Below, piece after piece: positions 30,536 to 41,248 of a DNA stretch of 64,000 nt. Every line of letters starts with the position of its first letter. Position 1 is the first letter of the stretch. Under the pieces are notes generated by a model. That model did no database searches. It had not been told where the DNA came from and saw only the letters and a program-made list of their open reading frames with translations. Source of the DNA: Verrucomicrobiota bacterium (lineage in GTDB: Bacteria > Verrucomicrobiota > Verrucomicrobiia > CAIQCK01); assembly GCA_016222825.1 (NCBI GenBank), contig JACRQF010000011.1:61301-125300 (forward strand). The letters run 5' to 3'. Made by a program: the position numbers and the translations under genes.

Positions 30536-30985
30536 TTGAATACATCAGCCCAAGATGTTGCCCCAGCTCCCCTGAATCCACAGACGCCGCACATCCTCGT
30601 CGTGGATGACGAGACCTCCATCTTCGATGTCTTCGCGCTCATGTTTCCAGCGCCCGGCCACGTGGTCGCCGTGGCCGAGAATGGGGCGCGCGCGTTGCAG
30701 TTGGCCGCGGAGGCGCGTTTCGATGTCGCGTTTGTGGATTGTTTTTTGGGGATCGAGAGCGGCCCTGAAGTGGCGGAAAAGCTGCATGCCGTGCAGCCGA
30801 AACTGCATGTCGTGCTGATGAGCGGTTATCTTCAGGAAGAACGGGCTGCGGCGATGGAGAAAGCCGACGCGCGCGCGTTCCTGATGAAGCCGTTCAGTTT
30901 TGAAACGGCGCAGACCCTCGTTCGCCGGCTCTTTGGCACGAAGAAGCCAGTCGCCAAAGCCAAGGCGGCTTCGGAAGCCGTGTGA
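30536..30985 (+). CDS. Single-domain response regulator (receiver only)
   Basis: ILVVDDE, AFVD phospho-Asp, LMSGY and FLMKPF. Confidence 0.88.
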   Translation: MNTSAQDVAPAPLNPQTPHILVVDDETSIFDVFALMFPAPGHVVAVAENGARALQLAAEARFDVAFVDCFLGIESGPEVAEKLHAVQPKLHVVLMSGYLQEERAAAMEKADARAFLMKPFSFETAQTLVRRLFGTKKPVAKAKAASEAV

Positions 30986-31020
30986 GCAACGACACGCGGG
31001 GCGCGATGGCGGGCGGCGGA

Positions 31021-31147
31021 TAGGGGGTTTCCCTACGATGTATGTCTCAATCCTTTGTGGGGTTTCTACGCGGAGTGGCGGGTCAGTTTCCTAGGCCGGT
31101 TTGAGGTTCTGGCCGCATTGCGGAGATGCGCGGAGGGGCGCTACGCT
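31021..31147 (+). promoter_or_regulatory. TAGG-N7-CCTA box (31021-31035; degenerate copy 31079-31093) plus sigma70-like promoter
   Basis: TAGGGGGTTTCCCTA and CGGGTCAGTTTCCTA, then TTGCGG-N18-TACGCT. Confidence 0.65.
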
Positions 31148-31172
31148 GGAGAAGATGTCCAGAGTAATAAAC

Positions 31173-31439
31173 ATGAACGAGCAGCTTCCAGAGCCCATGC
31201 TGTTGGGGAATGCGGAATCGGCGGACGGCGGATTGCCGCCGACGATGAAATTGTCGTTGCCCAACCTGGACCGATGCGGCGGCAGGCGCATCGCGGACAG
31301 TGAGTTGGTGGTGTGTCTGGCGATCCCGGACGGGGGCTGTCATTTCGCGCTGCTCTACGGCGACACGCATTATTGCTGTCACTCGCGCCGTCTGGAAATC
31401 GCCGCCCACACCCGCGATCTCAAGCGAGCCAAGGGATAA
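31173..31439 (+). CDS. Small Cys4-His protein, paralog 1
   Basis: LPNLDRC-x12-C-x7-CHF....G....CCHSRRLEIAAH, sharing exact motif spacing with four paralogs. Confidence 0.8.
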   Translation: MNEQLPEPMLLGNAESADGGLPPTMKLSLPNLDRCGGRRIADSELVVCLAIPDGGCHFALLYGDTHYCCHSRRLEIAAHTRDLKRAKG

Positions 31440-31469
31440 GGCCGGCGTCCCGTTATGAGGACGCCGGCC
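31439..31469 (+). terminator. GC-rich hairpin after paralog 1
   Basis: GGCCGGCGTCC...GGACGCCGGCC inverted repeat with no U-tract. Confidence 0.45.
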
Positions 31470-31492
31470 GGGGGGGGGCGGGTCGTTCATCG

Positions 31493-31559
31493 TAGGCTCC
31501 CGCCTTAGGTTGTTTCGAGATTCGTTCCGATTGTTGAACCACAGCGGATGAACGATGGT
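31493..31559 (+). promoter_or_regulatory. TAGG-N7-CTTA box plus promoter of paralog 2
   Basis: TAGGCTCCCGCCTTA, then TTGTTG-N17-GATGGT. Confidence 0.55.
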
Positions 31560-31634
31560 CTGCGGCCGAAGATCGCGGCATGGAGACAGGCGAAGGGCAG
31601 AGGCGCGGAGCCGTTCTTAATGCGGAACGTCATC

Positions 31635-31922
31635 ATGAACAAGTCGGTTACACTCAAGAAAAGATTGGCGATGTTGGACGCGGAACACGCCGCCCACAGC
31701 ATCCGGGCGGCCCAGCGGGCGCCGCTGCCGGAGGCCACCGCTTGCGCCGGCGCGCAAGTCGTGGACAGTTACATCGTTGTCTGCCACTCGTATCTGGAGC
31801 TGCCGTGTGAATTCGTGCTGCCGTTCGGCGAGGTGTGCTATTGCGGCCACCCGCGCCGGTTGGAAATCGCCGCCCGCACCCGCGAGCTCGAGCGCGCGCG
31901 GCGACAAAGCGCCATCGGCTAG
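31635..31922 (+). CDS. Small Cys4-His protein, paralog 2
   Basis: LPEATAC-x12-C-x7-CEF....G....CGHPRRLEIAART. Confidence 0.8.
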   Translation: MNKSVTLKKRLAMLDAEHAAHSIRAAQRAPLPEATACAGAQVVDSYIVVCHSYLELPCEFVLPFGEVCYCGHPRRLEIAARTRELERARRQSAIG

Positions 31923-31997
31923 GATGGGGGCCGCTGGCCGTTGCGGGACCAGCCACGCGGAACGGAGACGCGCACGCGAACAGGAACCGGCCGGACC

Positions 31998-32035
31998 TAG
32001 GCCCCGTTCCCAAACCGCCATAGTGGTAAAACCTA
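31998..32035 (+). promoter_or_regulatory. Two near-consensus TAGG-N7-CCTA boxes 23 bp apart, upstream of paralog 3
   Basis: TAGGCCCCGTTCCCA (31998) and TAGTGGTAAAACCTA (32021). A downstream promoter was not clearly resolved. Confidence 0.5.
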
Positions 32036-32154
32036 AGCTTGATTCCGATACTGCATGGAGACTCTCCCCTAATGACGCCAAGCGCGATGCGAGCGATATT
32101 CTCACATGCTTGAGGCACCCGTTATGAAGAAGAGCTGACAGAAACGGAGAGATT

Positions 32155-32466
32155 ATGAAGAATCTACAGAGGCGGATGGAGGATGATGTGCCGCCCCACA
32201 GGGTCGGTCGGTGGCCCGTGATGAAGCAACCGTTGCCGCAGGAGGCCAAGTGCGTCGGCATGCGGGTCTTGGACAGCGAGTTGGTCGTATGCCTGGCGAA
32301 CCCGGCCGGCGGCTGCGGGTTCTCGATGACGTTCGGCAGCAAGCGGTTTTGTTGCCATCGGCAGCATTTGAAATTCGCCGCGCGCGCCAAGGCATCGCCC
32401 CTGGCAGCGGCGGGGCGCGGACATTGCTGCGGGATGCTTTGTAACGCGGAGTATCGGCACGACTGA
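32155..32466 (+). CDS. Small Cys4-His protein, paralog 3
   Basis: LPQEAKC-x12-C-x7-CGF....G....CCHRQHLKFAAR. GGAGA RBS. Confidence 0.8.
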   Translation: MKNLQRRMEDDVPPHRVGRWPVMKQPLPQEAKCVGMRVLDSELVVCLANPAGGCGFSMTFGSKRFCCHRQHLKFAARAKASPLAAAGRGHCCGMLCNAEYRHD

Positions 32467-32529
32467 GCCGCTCCTTCTTCAACGCGCATAAAGCGCCGCC
32501 TCGCGGCATCGCAATAAGGGGGAAGTCCT

Positions 32530-32597
32530 CAGGCGTTTTCCCTAGGCCATTTTCAGGTTCTGCCCGTATTGCTGATACGCCGGCCGCGTGGGACAGT
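32530..32597 (+). promoter_or_regulatory. CAGG-N7-CCTA box plus promoter of paralog 4
   Basis: CAGGCGTTTTCCCTA, then TTGCTG-N17-GACAGT. Confidence 0.6.
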
Positions 32598-32620
32598 GCG
32601 GGCGGTCGTTCTTGGCTACC

Positions 32621-32953
32621 ATGGATCCGGAAGGCACACAAGGCAGGATGTTGATCGAGGTCGAGAGGGAGTTGACTGTCGCCACCGCTCACAGAATCGT
32701 GAGGGAGTGTTTGCCGGACGAAACGCGGTGCGCGGGCCGGCAGATTGCGCGGAGTGACATGGTAGTCTGCATGGCGGGGGCTGACCACCCATGTGAATTC
32801 TCCGTGGAGTTGGGCTGCCGCCTTCTGTGCTTTCATCCTCGCCGGCTGGAGATCGCCGCGCGCCAGCGCGCGCTGGCCCGCGAGCAAACGCAGGCGCTTC
32901 GACAAAAACCTACCACCCGCATCGCCTCCAAACGCACGCAGCGAAATCACTAG
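32621..32953 (+). CDS. Small Cys4-His protein, paralog 4
   Basis: LPDETRC-x12-C-x7-CEF....G....CFHPRRLEIAAR. Start uncertain (32621 or 32648). Confidence 0.8.
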   Translation: MDPEGTQGRMLIEVERELTVATAHRIVRECLPDETRCAGRQIARSDMVVCMAGADHPCEFSVELGCRLLCFHPRRLEIAARQRALAREQTQALRQKPTTRIASKRTQRNH

Positions 32954-33018
32954 GCTCTCTCCCTAGGCCCGCTTCGGCTTCTGCCCGGTTTGTCAATGCA
33001 CGGGCCGCGAACCATAGT
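32951..33018 (+). promoter_or_regulatory. TAGG-N7-CCTA box plus bfr promoter
   Basis: TAGGCTCTCTCCCTA, then TTGTCA-N17-CATAGT. Confidence 0.7.
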
Positions 33019-33179
33019 GCTCCGCAGATCGAAAGCACGGATTTTGGACGAGAAGGTGGTCTCACTTGCTTTCGTTCCGTCGCGTGACTAGAGTGCGCAC
33101 GCTGGCGCGGTTTCAAGGATTCAGAACAACGGTCAAGACCACCGCAGAAACGCTGTCAACCCATGAAGGAGATTCTCGA

Positions 33180-33650
33180 ATGAAAGGTAATGCAAAGGTC
33201 ATCGCCACACTCAACATGCTGCTGGCCGAGGAGCTGACGGCGATCAACGAGTATATGGTGCATTCGGAGATGTGCGCGAACTGGGGCTTCGAGCGCCTGC
33301 ACAAGGTCATTGAGAAACGCGCCATTGACGAGATGAAGCACGCGGAGAAACTAATCGCCAGGATTCTCTTCCTCGAAGGCACGCCCGTCGTCAGCAAGCT
33401 CAATCCGATGCATATCGGCGCGGATGTCGTGGCGCAACTGAAGAACGACCACGGCGCGGAGGCGACGGCTGTGAAGTTGTATAACGAGGCCATCCCGCAG
33501 GCGGCCGAACAAGGCGACAACGGCACCCGCGAGATGCTCGAAGACATCCTTGAGGACGAGGAGACGCACATTGACTGGATCGAATCACAACTCGATCAGA
33601 TCAAGCAGATGGGTGCGCAGAACTACCTGGCCGAACAAACGCGGGCGTAA
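33180..33650 (+). CDS. bfr: Bacterioferritin
   Basis: MKGNAKVI..LN.LLAEELTAINEY, DEMKHAEKLIARILFLEG and EETHIDWIE ferroxidase/heme-Met motifs. Confidence 0.96.
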   Translation: MKGNAKVIATLNMLLAEELTAINEYMVHSEMCANWGFERLHKVIEKRAIDEMKHAEKLIARILFLEGTPVVSKLNPMHIGADVVAQLKNDHGAEATAVKLYNEAIPQAAEQGDNGTREMLEDILEDEETHIDWIESQLDQIKQMGAQNYLAEQTRA

Positions 33651-33746
33651 GCAAACGGAGAAGGCACGGCAGGGGAACGAGCGCGGAGGATTCGCGTCTG
33701 CCGACGCTGGACTTTCGCGACGCACCCGCTAACATTCGCGCACGCT

Positions 33747-35924
33747 ATGGCACTGAACGTCGCTTTCTACTGGCACATGCACCAGCCGGATTACGTGGAT
33801 CCGGACCGGAAGGTGGCGATGCTGCCGTGGGTTCGCCTGCACGCCGCCAAGGGCTACTACGACATGGTGCGCTTGGTGAAGGAATTTCCCACCGTGCCGA
33901 TCACGTTCAACATGACGCCGGTGCTGGTGAAGCAGATGCTGGAGCTGCAACGCGGCGAGGTGCAGGACGCATGGCTGGAATTGTCGCGGACGCCGGCGGA
34001 CCGGTTGACGGCGGCGCAGCAGCAGGAGGTGTTGCGGCACTTCTTCAGCCTTTCGCATCAGAACATGGTGCGGCCGTATCCGCGCTACGACGAGCTGCTG
34101 CGAATGCGCGGGTCAGAGACGCGGCCGGCGGCGTTGGAGGAGGCGGCGCGGCATTTTCTCGCGGGCGATTGGCGGGACTTGCAGGTGTGGTTCAACCTCG
34201 CGTGGTGCGGCTACTTCGCAGTGCGCGACATGCCGGAACTGGCGGCGCTGCGGAAGAAGGGGCGGAATTTCACCGAAGCTGACAAGAAGGTCGTGCTGGA
34301 CGCGCATCTGGAGTTGGTGCGGCGCTCGCTGGCGGAGTATCGCGAGTTGAACATCGCCGGGCGGATCGAGGTGACGGCGAGTCCTTTTTATCATCCGATC
34401 ATGCCGCTGGTGTATAACACCGACTTCACGCGGCGCTGTATGCCGGGCGTGCCGCTGCCAACGACGTTTTCGTATGCGGAGGACGTGCGCGAACATTTGG
34501 AGCGCGCGGCGCGGTTTCACGAGGAGGTTTTTGGGCGGCGGCCAACGGGATTGTGGCCGTCGGAAGGCTCGGTTTGCCCGGAACTGGTGCCGCTGGTGCG
34601 CGCGGCGGGCTTCGAGTGGATGGCGACGGACGAGGAGATTCTGTTCCGGTCGCTCCAGATGATGCGCGGCAACCACACGAATGTGCAGCACGAGGAGTTG
34701 TTCCGGGCATACAGGCTAACCCACGGCGGCGCGAGCGTTGGGATGTGTTTTCGCGACCGCGGGCTGTCGGATTTCATCGGGTTCACCGCTGCGCGGCAAA
34801 AACCCGAGGACGCGGCGAAGTTCCTGATGGACGCGCTCGGCACGATCGCGACACAGGCGCGGGAGCCGGACGCCTTGGCGCTGGTTTTGCTCGACGGTGA
34901 GAACGCCTGGGAGTCGTTCGCGGACGGCGGCGAGACGTTCTTGCGGAAGGTCTATGGCGCGCTGGCCAGCGACGGGCGGTTCAAACCAGTGACACTGACG
35001 AATTACTTCCGCCAGCACGCACCGAAGCGTGATCTGACCACGATCCATACCGGCTCGTGGATTTACGCGAATTTCGACATCTGGATCGGCGACCAGGAGG
35101 AAAATCGCGCGTGGGAACTGCTGCGGGAGGCGCGTTACTTGTTTTCGCAGGTTCGGGACTCGCTGTCCGAGGATGCGCGGAGGTCGGCGATGCAATCGTT
35201 GCTGGCGGCGGAAGGCAGCGATTGGTTCTGGTGGTATGGTCCGGAGTTCCAGATTGAGGACAAGCCGCTGTTTGACGACCTGTTCCGGCGCCATGTGCGC
35301 TGCGCCTACCGCGCAATGGGCCGCCAATGGCCGGCAGCCGTGGATCGCTCGTTGCTGACGGTCGGGCCGGTTTATGCCTACCAGCAACCGCGCGAACTAA
35401 TCACGCCGGTCATAGATGGCCTGCGAACATCGTATTACGAATGGCTTGGCGCGGGCGTCTATCGTGGCGGCGTGGGCCAGCACGCGATGGCGAAGTCGGC
35501 GGACTTGGTAAAGGAGATTCTGTTCGGCTTCGACAGGGAGAATTTCTATTTGGGGCTACAGTGGACAGGCAGCCCGCCGCTTCCGGGGGGCGACGCGGTG
35601 CGGCTGAGGTTCTCAGCGCCGCGAAACGCAGAGCTATGGCTTGGAGGGCTTCGGGAGAAGGCCAAGGGACCAGTCAAGCGCGAGCTGAGAGGGGATTGGG
35701 CATGTCAACAGACGGCCAGCGGCAGAACCGTGGTTGCGGCGCACGACCGAATGTTTGAGGTGGCAATTCCATTGGAGCTTTTTGGACAGGCGGCCGGACA
35801 GAAGTTGAGCTTTGTGGTGAGCGTAGAGAGCGGAGGTCAGATGCAGGAGCAACATCCCGGCGAAGGCGAGGTTTGCCTTGCAGTGCCGAGCAAGGCGGAT
35901 GGGAACGAGGACTGGCTAGTTTAG
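33747..35924 (+). CDS. Glycoside hydrolase family 57 (amylopullulanase-like)
   Basis: WHMHQP, PFYHPIMPL, GLWPSEG, LDGENAWE and AEGSDWFWWYG. Confidence 0.93.
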   Translation: MALNVAFYWHMHQPDYVDPDRKVAMLPWVRLHAAKGYYDMVRLVKEFPTVPITFNMTPVLVKQMLELQRGEVQDAWLELSRTPADRLTAAQQQEVLRHFFSLSHQNMVRPYPRYDELLRMRGSETRPAALEEAARHFLAGDWRDLQVWFNLAWCGYFAVRDMPELAALRKKGRNFTEADKKVVLDAHLELVRRSLAEYRELNIAGRIEVTASPFYHPIMPLVYNTDFTRRCMPGVPLPTTFSYAEDVREHLERAARFHEEVFGRRPTGLWPSEGSVCPELVPLVRAAGFEWMATDEEILFRSLQMMRGNHTNVQHEELFRAYRLTHGGASVGMCFRDRGLSDFIGFTAARQKPEDAAKFLMDALGTIATQAREPDALALVLLDGENAWESFADGGETFLRKVYGALASDGRFKPVTLTNYFRQHAPKRDLTTIHTGSWIYANFDIWIGDQEENRAWELLREARYLFSQVRDSLSEDARRSAMQSLLAAEGSDWFWWYGPEFQIEDKPLFDDLFRRHVRCAYRAMGRQWPAAVDRSLLTVGPVYAYQQPRELITPVIDGLRTSYYEWLGAGVYRGGVGQHAMAKSADLVKEILFGFDRENFYLGLQWTGSPPLPGGDAVRLRFSAPRNAELWLGGLREKAKGPVKRELRGDWACQQTASGRTVVAAHDRMFEVAIPLELFGQAAGQKLSFVVSVESGGQMQEQHPGEGEVCLAVPSKADGNEDWLV

Positions 35925-35985
35925 AGGGGGTAAGGCTGGTTTTGTGGGGTTTCCATGTTTAGACGCGAGCCTTCCGACTCTTTAT

Positions 35986-36013
35986 GTGTATCATAATACA
36001 TATTGTGCGACGT
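35986..36013 (-). other. Putative dif (XerCD) site
   Basis: Minus strand ACGTCGCACAA-TATGTA-TTATGATACAC (11-6-11). XerD-like arm matches E. coli TTATGTTAAAT at 8/11. Lies in an AT-rich convergent intergenic gap with a local G-to-C skew switch. Confidence 0.65.
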
Positions 36014-36075
36014 AATTATTGCGGCACAAAAAACTGCCTTACACAATTGCATGAAACAAACCACCCGACAGGTTC

Positions 36076-37220
36076 TTAGTTTGTCAGCCCAAACCTTCGC
36101 GTAAACGGCCAGTAAAGTAGCATTGCCCGCCCAACCAGATTCGCGTGCGGAACCATCCCAAAGTAGCGGCTGTCGGCACTGTTCCGGCTGTTGTCGCCCA
36201 ATGCGAAGTAATTAGCCCTCTCCACAACGAACTTATCATCGGCGTCCTTTAGATATGGCGCATCAAACGACTGTGGGTTTGAATACCCGCTGTAGCCATT
36301 CTTGAGGCTCATCACTCGCACAAACCCATTCTCACTGGCCAAACTGCCATTCACGAACAACTGCGGCTCCTTGATCTGCAAGACATCCCCGCCAACGCCC
36401 GCCAACCGCTTGATATAAAACTCCCCGCGCGTTTTCGGGATGTCCCGCGTCTCAAACACGAAAACCTCGCCTCGACGTGGTAGTCGAAAGTTATAGCTGA
36501 CTTTGTCCACGAAGATATGGTCGCCGCTGCTTACTGTGCATCGGACGATCGGCTCGCCGCGGCGAAATGTTCTGCCTCGCGTTAGATTCAACGATTGCAG
36601 TGCCTTCTCGAAACTCTCCGGGTCAACATCCAATCGATACTCGCGCCCACCAACGGCCACCACGGTTTTGGGAAACTCAAGCGGCCCCAGTTGCACTTTT
36701 GTGCCAAACACCGGCAACATCAACTCACCATCTTCCTCGCAGATTGCCTCCACATAGCTCCGGCCAAACAGCGCCTTCTCCAACACCCGCACCGGCAATA
36801 TCGGAACCTTCTCGTCTGGTCGCATTGGCTCGACATGAACGCCATAAAGCGTCGGCTGCATTGAACCGGTGGGAATCCTGAACGGTTGCAAAAAGAATGT
36901 CCGGATGCCGCCCCAGGCAACCACCGCTGCCACCAAACCGATTTCTATCGCCTCCCGCCATTGCGGATGCTTCGGCGCAGGAAAAAGCCTCGCACACGCA
37001 TGGTCGAGTTGGTCCATCCCCTGTCCAATTTCCTCAATTGTGCCGCGCCGGACGCCATCGAACGCCGCGATAGCCTTCTCGACTGCCGCGACCTTGTCCG
37101 ACTCCATGATGTCGCGATGCGTCGCCAGCAGCCGTCGGACGTGCTTCGAAACCTCGCGGGCGCGCTTGCGGGCGCGGTGCTGACGCCACCAACTGAACGG
37201 CGGGACTTCGAGTATGGCCA

Positions 37221-37224
<4 letters not shown>
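36076..37224 (-). CDS. lepB: Signal peptidase I
   Basis: [13 protein letters not shown] (Ser), YIKR (Lys) and [14 protein letters not shown]. Lies downstream of lepA. Confidence 0.95.
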
Positions 37225-39017
<1,793 letters not shown>

Positions 39018-39112
39018 ACGAAAAAAGTCGCGAGACGATAGCCTCCGCACGCAACGCGACGCAAGAGGTGTTTTCAAAAAGCGCCCCTGCCCTGCCGGCT
39101 GCGGCGCCGGCC

Positions 39113-39180
39113 TAGGGTTTCTTCTTAGCCGGTTTTCGAGAACTTCCCGCATGGCGCGGTCCGGCTTCCCCGCGTAGGTT
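39113..39180 (+). promoter_or_regulatory. TAGG-N7-CTTA box plus promoter
   Basis: TAGGGTTTCTTCTTA, then TGGCGC-N17-TAGGTT. Confidence 0.55.
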
Positions 39181-39202
39181 CCCGGTAACGAAACGAGAGT
39201 TT

Positions 39203-39397
39203 ATGAACACGAACAAATCACGAACGCGCGTCCTTTTCGTGAACGATCATCCGGCTTCGGAGGACGCGGCGGAATCTTCGGTGGTCGAGCCGGGCGCTTT
39301 GGAGCGCGTGTTTCTGTCGGCGGCGCTGATCTTCGCGATCTTCTTCCTGGTGGCGGTCGCGGTGTTTGGGGCGCCGGCGTCCTGGGGCGCGCGGTAG
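39203..39397 (+). CDS. Small single-TM membrane protein
   Basis: 64 aa with a hydrophobic stretch VFLSAALIFAIFFLVAVAVF. Has its own box-containing promoter. Confidence 0.6.
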   Translation: MNTNKSRTRVLFVNDHPASEDAAESSVVEPGALERVFLSAALIFAIFFLVAVAVFGAPASWGAR

Positions 39398-39398
39398 G

Positions 39399-39851
39399 CT
39401 ACTTGTCCTCCGGCGGCTCCGGCGGCAACATCGCCCGGCCGTCCGAGATCCGTCCCACCAACTCCTGCGGGAGCGGCAGCTCGCCCAGGTCGCTGGCCGG
39501 GTTGATCATCACGTCCATTCCTCGCGTCCCCAGCTCGAAGAAAAGCCACCGGCCCTTCATCTCACACACGCAGAACTTCTCCTTGAACGGCGCTTTCTTG
39601 AACAGTTCCTCCACGCGCTGATGCGACGTGAACAGCGGGATGAACTGTCCCTGCGGCGCGGTGAACGCAACGAACGGGATCTTCTCTCCCGCCTTCGGGG
39701 TGACTTCGCTGCCGGCCAGGCCGGGCTTGTCCGGTTGCAGGAAGAACAGCGACTGTTGCATGAGCAGCCGGAAGAACGCCGGCTGCGTGTCCGGCTCCGC
39801 CAGTGCTTTGCAAAACGCTGTCTCGAACTCGTTCAGTTGTTTCTTTTCCAT
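39399..39851 (-). CDS. SseB-family protein
   Basis: AFFRLL...FIPLFTS...DVMINP pattern of the SseB N-terminal domain. Confidence 0.75.
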   Translation of the reverse strand: MEKKQLNEFETAFCKALAEPDTQPAFFRLLMQQSLFFLQPDKPGLAGSEVTPKAGEKIPFVAFTAPQGQFIPLFTSHQRVEELFKKAPFKEKFCVCEMKGRWLFFELGTRGMDVMINPASDLGELPLPQELVGRISDGRAMLPPEPPEDK

Positions 39852-39929
39852 GTGTGTGTTCCGCTGGGCGACGGAAACTTGTAGCACATCCCGCGACGGA
39901 TTTCACGCGCGGCGTTTCAGACATGGCTC

Positions 39930-40038
39930 TGTAGCGGCGGTCTCTGACCGCCGAATCTTTGGCGAGAACCGACGGCGGTCAGAGACCGCCGCTACAGGTG
40001 GGTGCGGGAACCGACGGCGGTCAGAGACCGCCGCTACA
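39930..40038. repeat. GTAG-type REP cluster (TGTAGCGGCGGTCTCTGACCGCCG x3)
   Basis: One forward and two reverse copies at 39930, 39973 and 40015. Confidence 0.85.
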
Positions 40039-40067
40039 GGTCGGCAGCACCACTCGCGGCGTCCGCG

Positions 40068-40100
40068 AATCCAAAATCCAAAATCTAAAATCCAAAATCG
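40068..40100. repeat. Heptamer tandem repeat (AATCCAA)n
   Basis: AATCCAA AATCCAA AATCTAA AATCCAA AATCG. Confidence 0.85.
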
Positions 40101-40108
40101 CGCCGCCG

Positions 40109-41203
40109 CTACACGATTGGCGGCTGGAGCGTGATCGTTCTGGGGGCGGTGCTTCGCGTGCCGGCGCTGTTGCTCACCTCCGTGATGATCTTCACCACCT
40201 GCCCGACCTCGAACGGCCCCAGCGCGTTGCCGCTGGCGTCCAGCGGGGCGCTGTGCGCGAACCCTTCGTCCACGCCCACCACCTGCCACTTGACCAGCTT
40301 CGTCGTGGCGTGGTCGCCGCCGCCGGGGACGTAGGCCACCAGCACTTGCAGGCCCTCTTCGCCGCCTTGGGTGACGCTCGCGATCTCAATGGTGTCGGGC
40401 GCGGGCGTGCCGCCTTCGGCGGGAATGCCCCCGAGCGCCTCGTAAGCGTCGCTGCCCACATCGAACGTTGCCTTCGCGGCCTTATACCAACGCTTGTTCG
40501 CCTGGTCCACCGTCCGGTCCAGCGCGCGCAACGCCGCCCGCTTGGTGTCGAGCGCCTCCTGCGTGTCGCACATGTCCTTCACGAGGTCCGTGTAACCATC
40601 GAGCAGCCCCTTCAGCATCGCCGCCGTGAACGGCGTCCCCGCCACCGACCGCGTGATCGCCGGCTGCGGGGGCGTCATCGCCGCCAGCAGCGCGTTGGCC
40701 CGCACCCACAAGGGATACAAGCCCCGCGCGCGCGCCAGGATCGTCCCCTCCGTGCGCGGCACGCTCCGGTAAAGGTCGTCCATGTCCGCCATGAGCGCCT
40801 CGTTCTCGTCGAGCATCGCCTCGATGATCGCGGGCACCTTCGTGCCCAGCAGCTTCATCTTCAGCAACGCGTCCTGCACGACGCGATACGACGCGTCGGC
40901 CGTGTCCTGCGCCGTCGTGCGCTCCTGCACCAGCGGCTCGAACGCCGCGATGTAACCTTCCAGTTCCGTCGTGCCCGTCGAGCCGATCTTCAGCGTCGGG
41001 GTGTATTGCGTCCAGACCGGCAGCGTGAGCTGCGCCCGTTGTTTGGTGACTTCCCAGTATTCCATGTTGGCCTCCGAGTTCAGGGTGATGGGTTGCTGCG
41101 GCACTAAAAGCGGCTGCGGCGTCGCATGAGGCGGCTCATCGAACCGGTGGCCTTCATCCAGCCTCCAACCTTCATCGAGTCGAATGATACCTCCGCCGGG
41201 CAT
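40109..41203 (-). CDS. Hypothetical protein: helical region plus C-terminal beta-sandwich (FN3-like)
   Basis: Long ORF with typical codon usage. Alternative start at 41065 (MEYW) has a GGAGG RBS. Fold assignment is inference from residue pattern. Confidence 0.75.
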   Translation of the reverse strand: MPGGGIIRLDEGWRLDEGHRFDEPPHATPQPLLVPQQPITLNSEANMEYWEVTKQRAQLTLPVWTQYTPTLKIGSTGTTELEGYIAAFEPLVQERTTAQDTADASYRVVQDALLKMKLLGTKVPAIIEAMLDENEALMADMDDLYRSVPRTEGTILARARGLYPLWVRANALLAAMTPPQPAITRSVAGTPFTAAMLKGLLDGYTDLVKDMCDTQEALDTKRAALRALDRTVDQANKRWYKAAKATFDVGSDAYEALGGIPAEGGTPAPDTIEIASVTQGGEEGLQVLVAYVPGGGDHATTKLVKWQVVGVDEGFAHSAPLDASGNALGPFEVGQVVKIITEVSNSAGTRSTAPRTITLQPPIV

Positions 41204-41248
41204 AACAATGTCTTTCGTTGAAACATCTGCTGACACCTCTGCTTGACC

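Noticed and set aside
39903-40289. ORFs translating REP and heptamer repeats (RRSETAAT, FWILDFGFWI)
   Set aside because: Artefactual translations of non-coding repeats.
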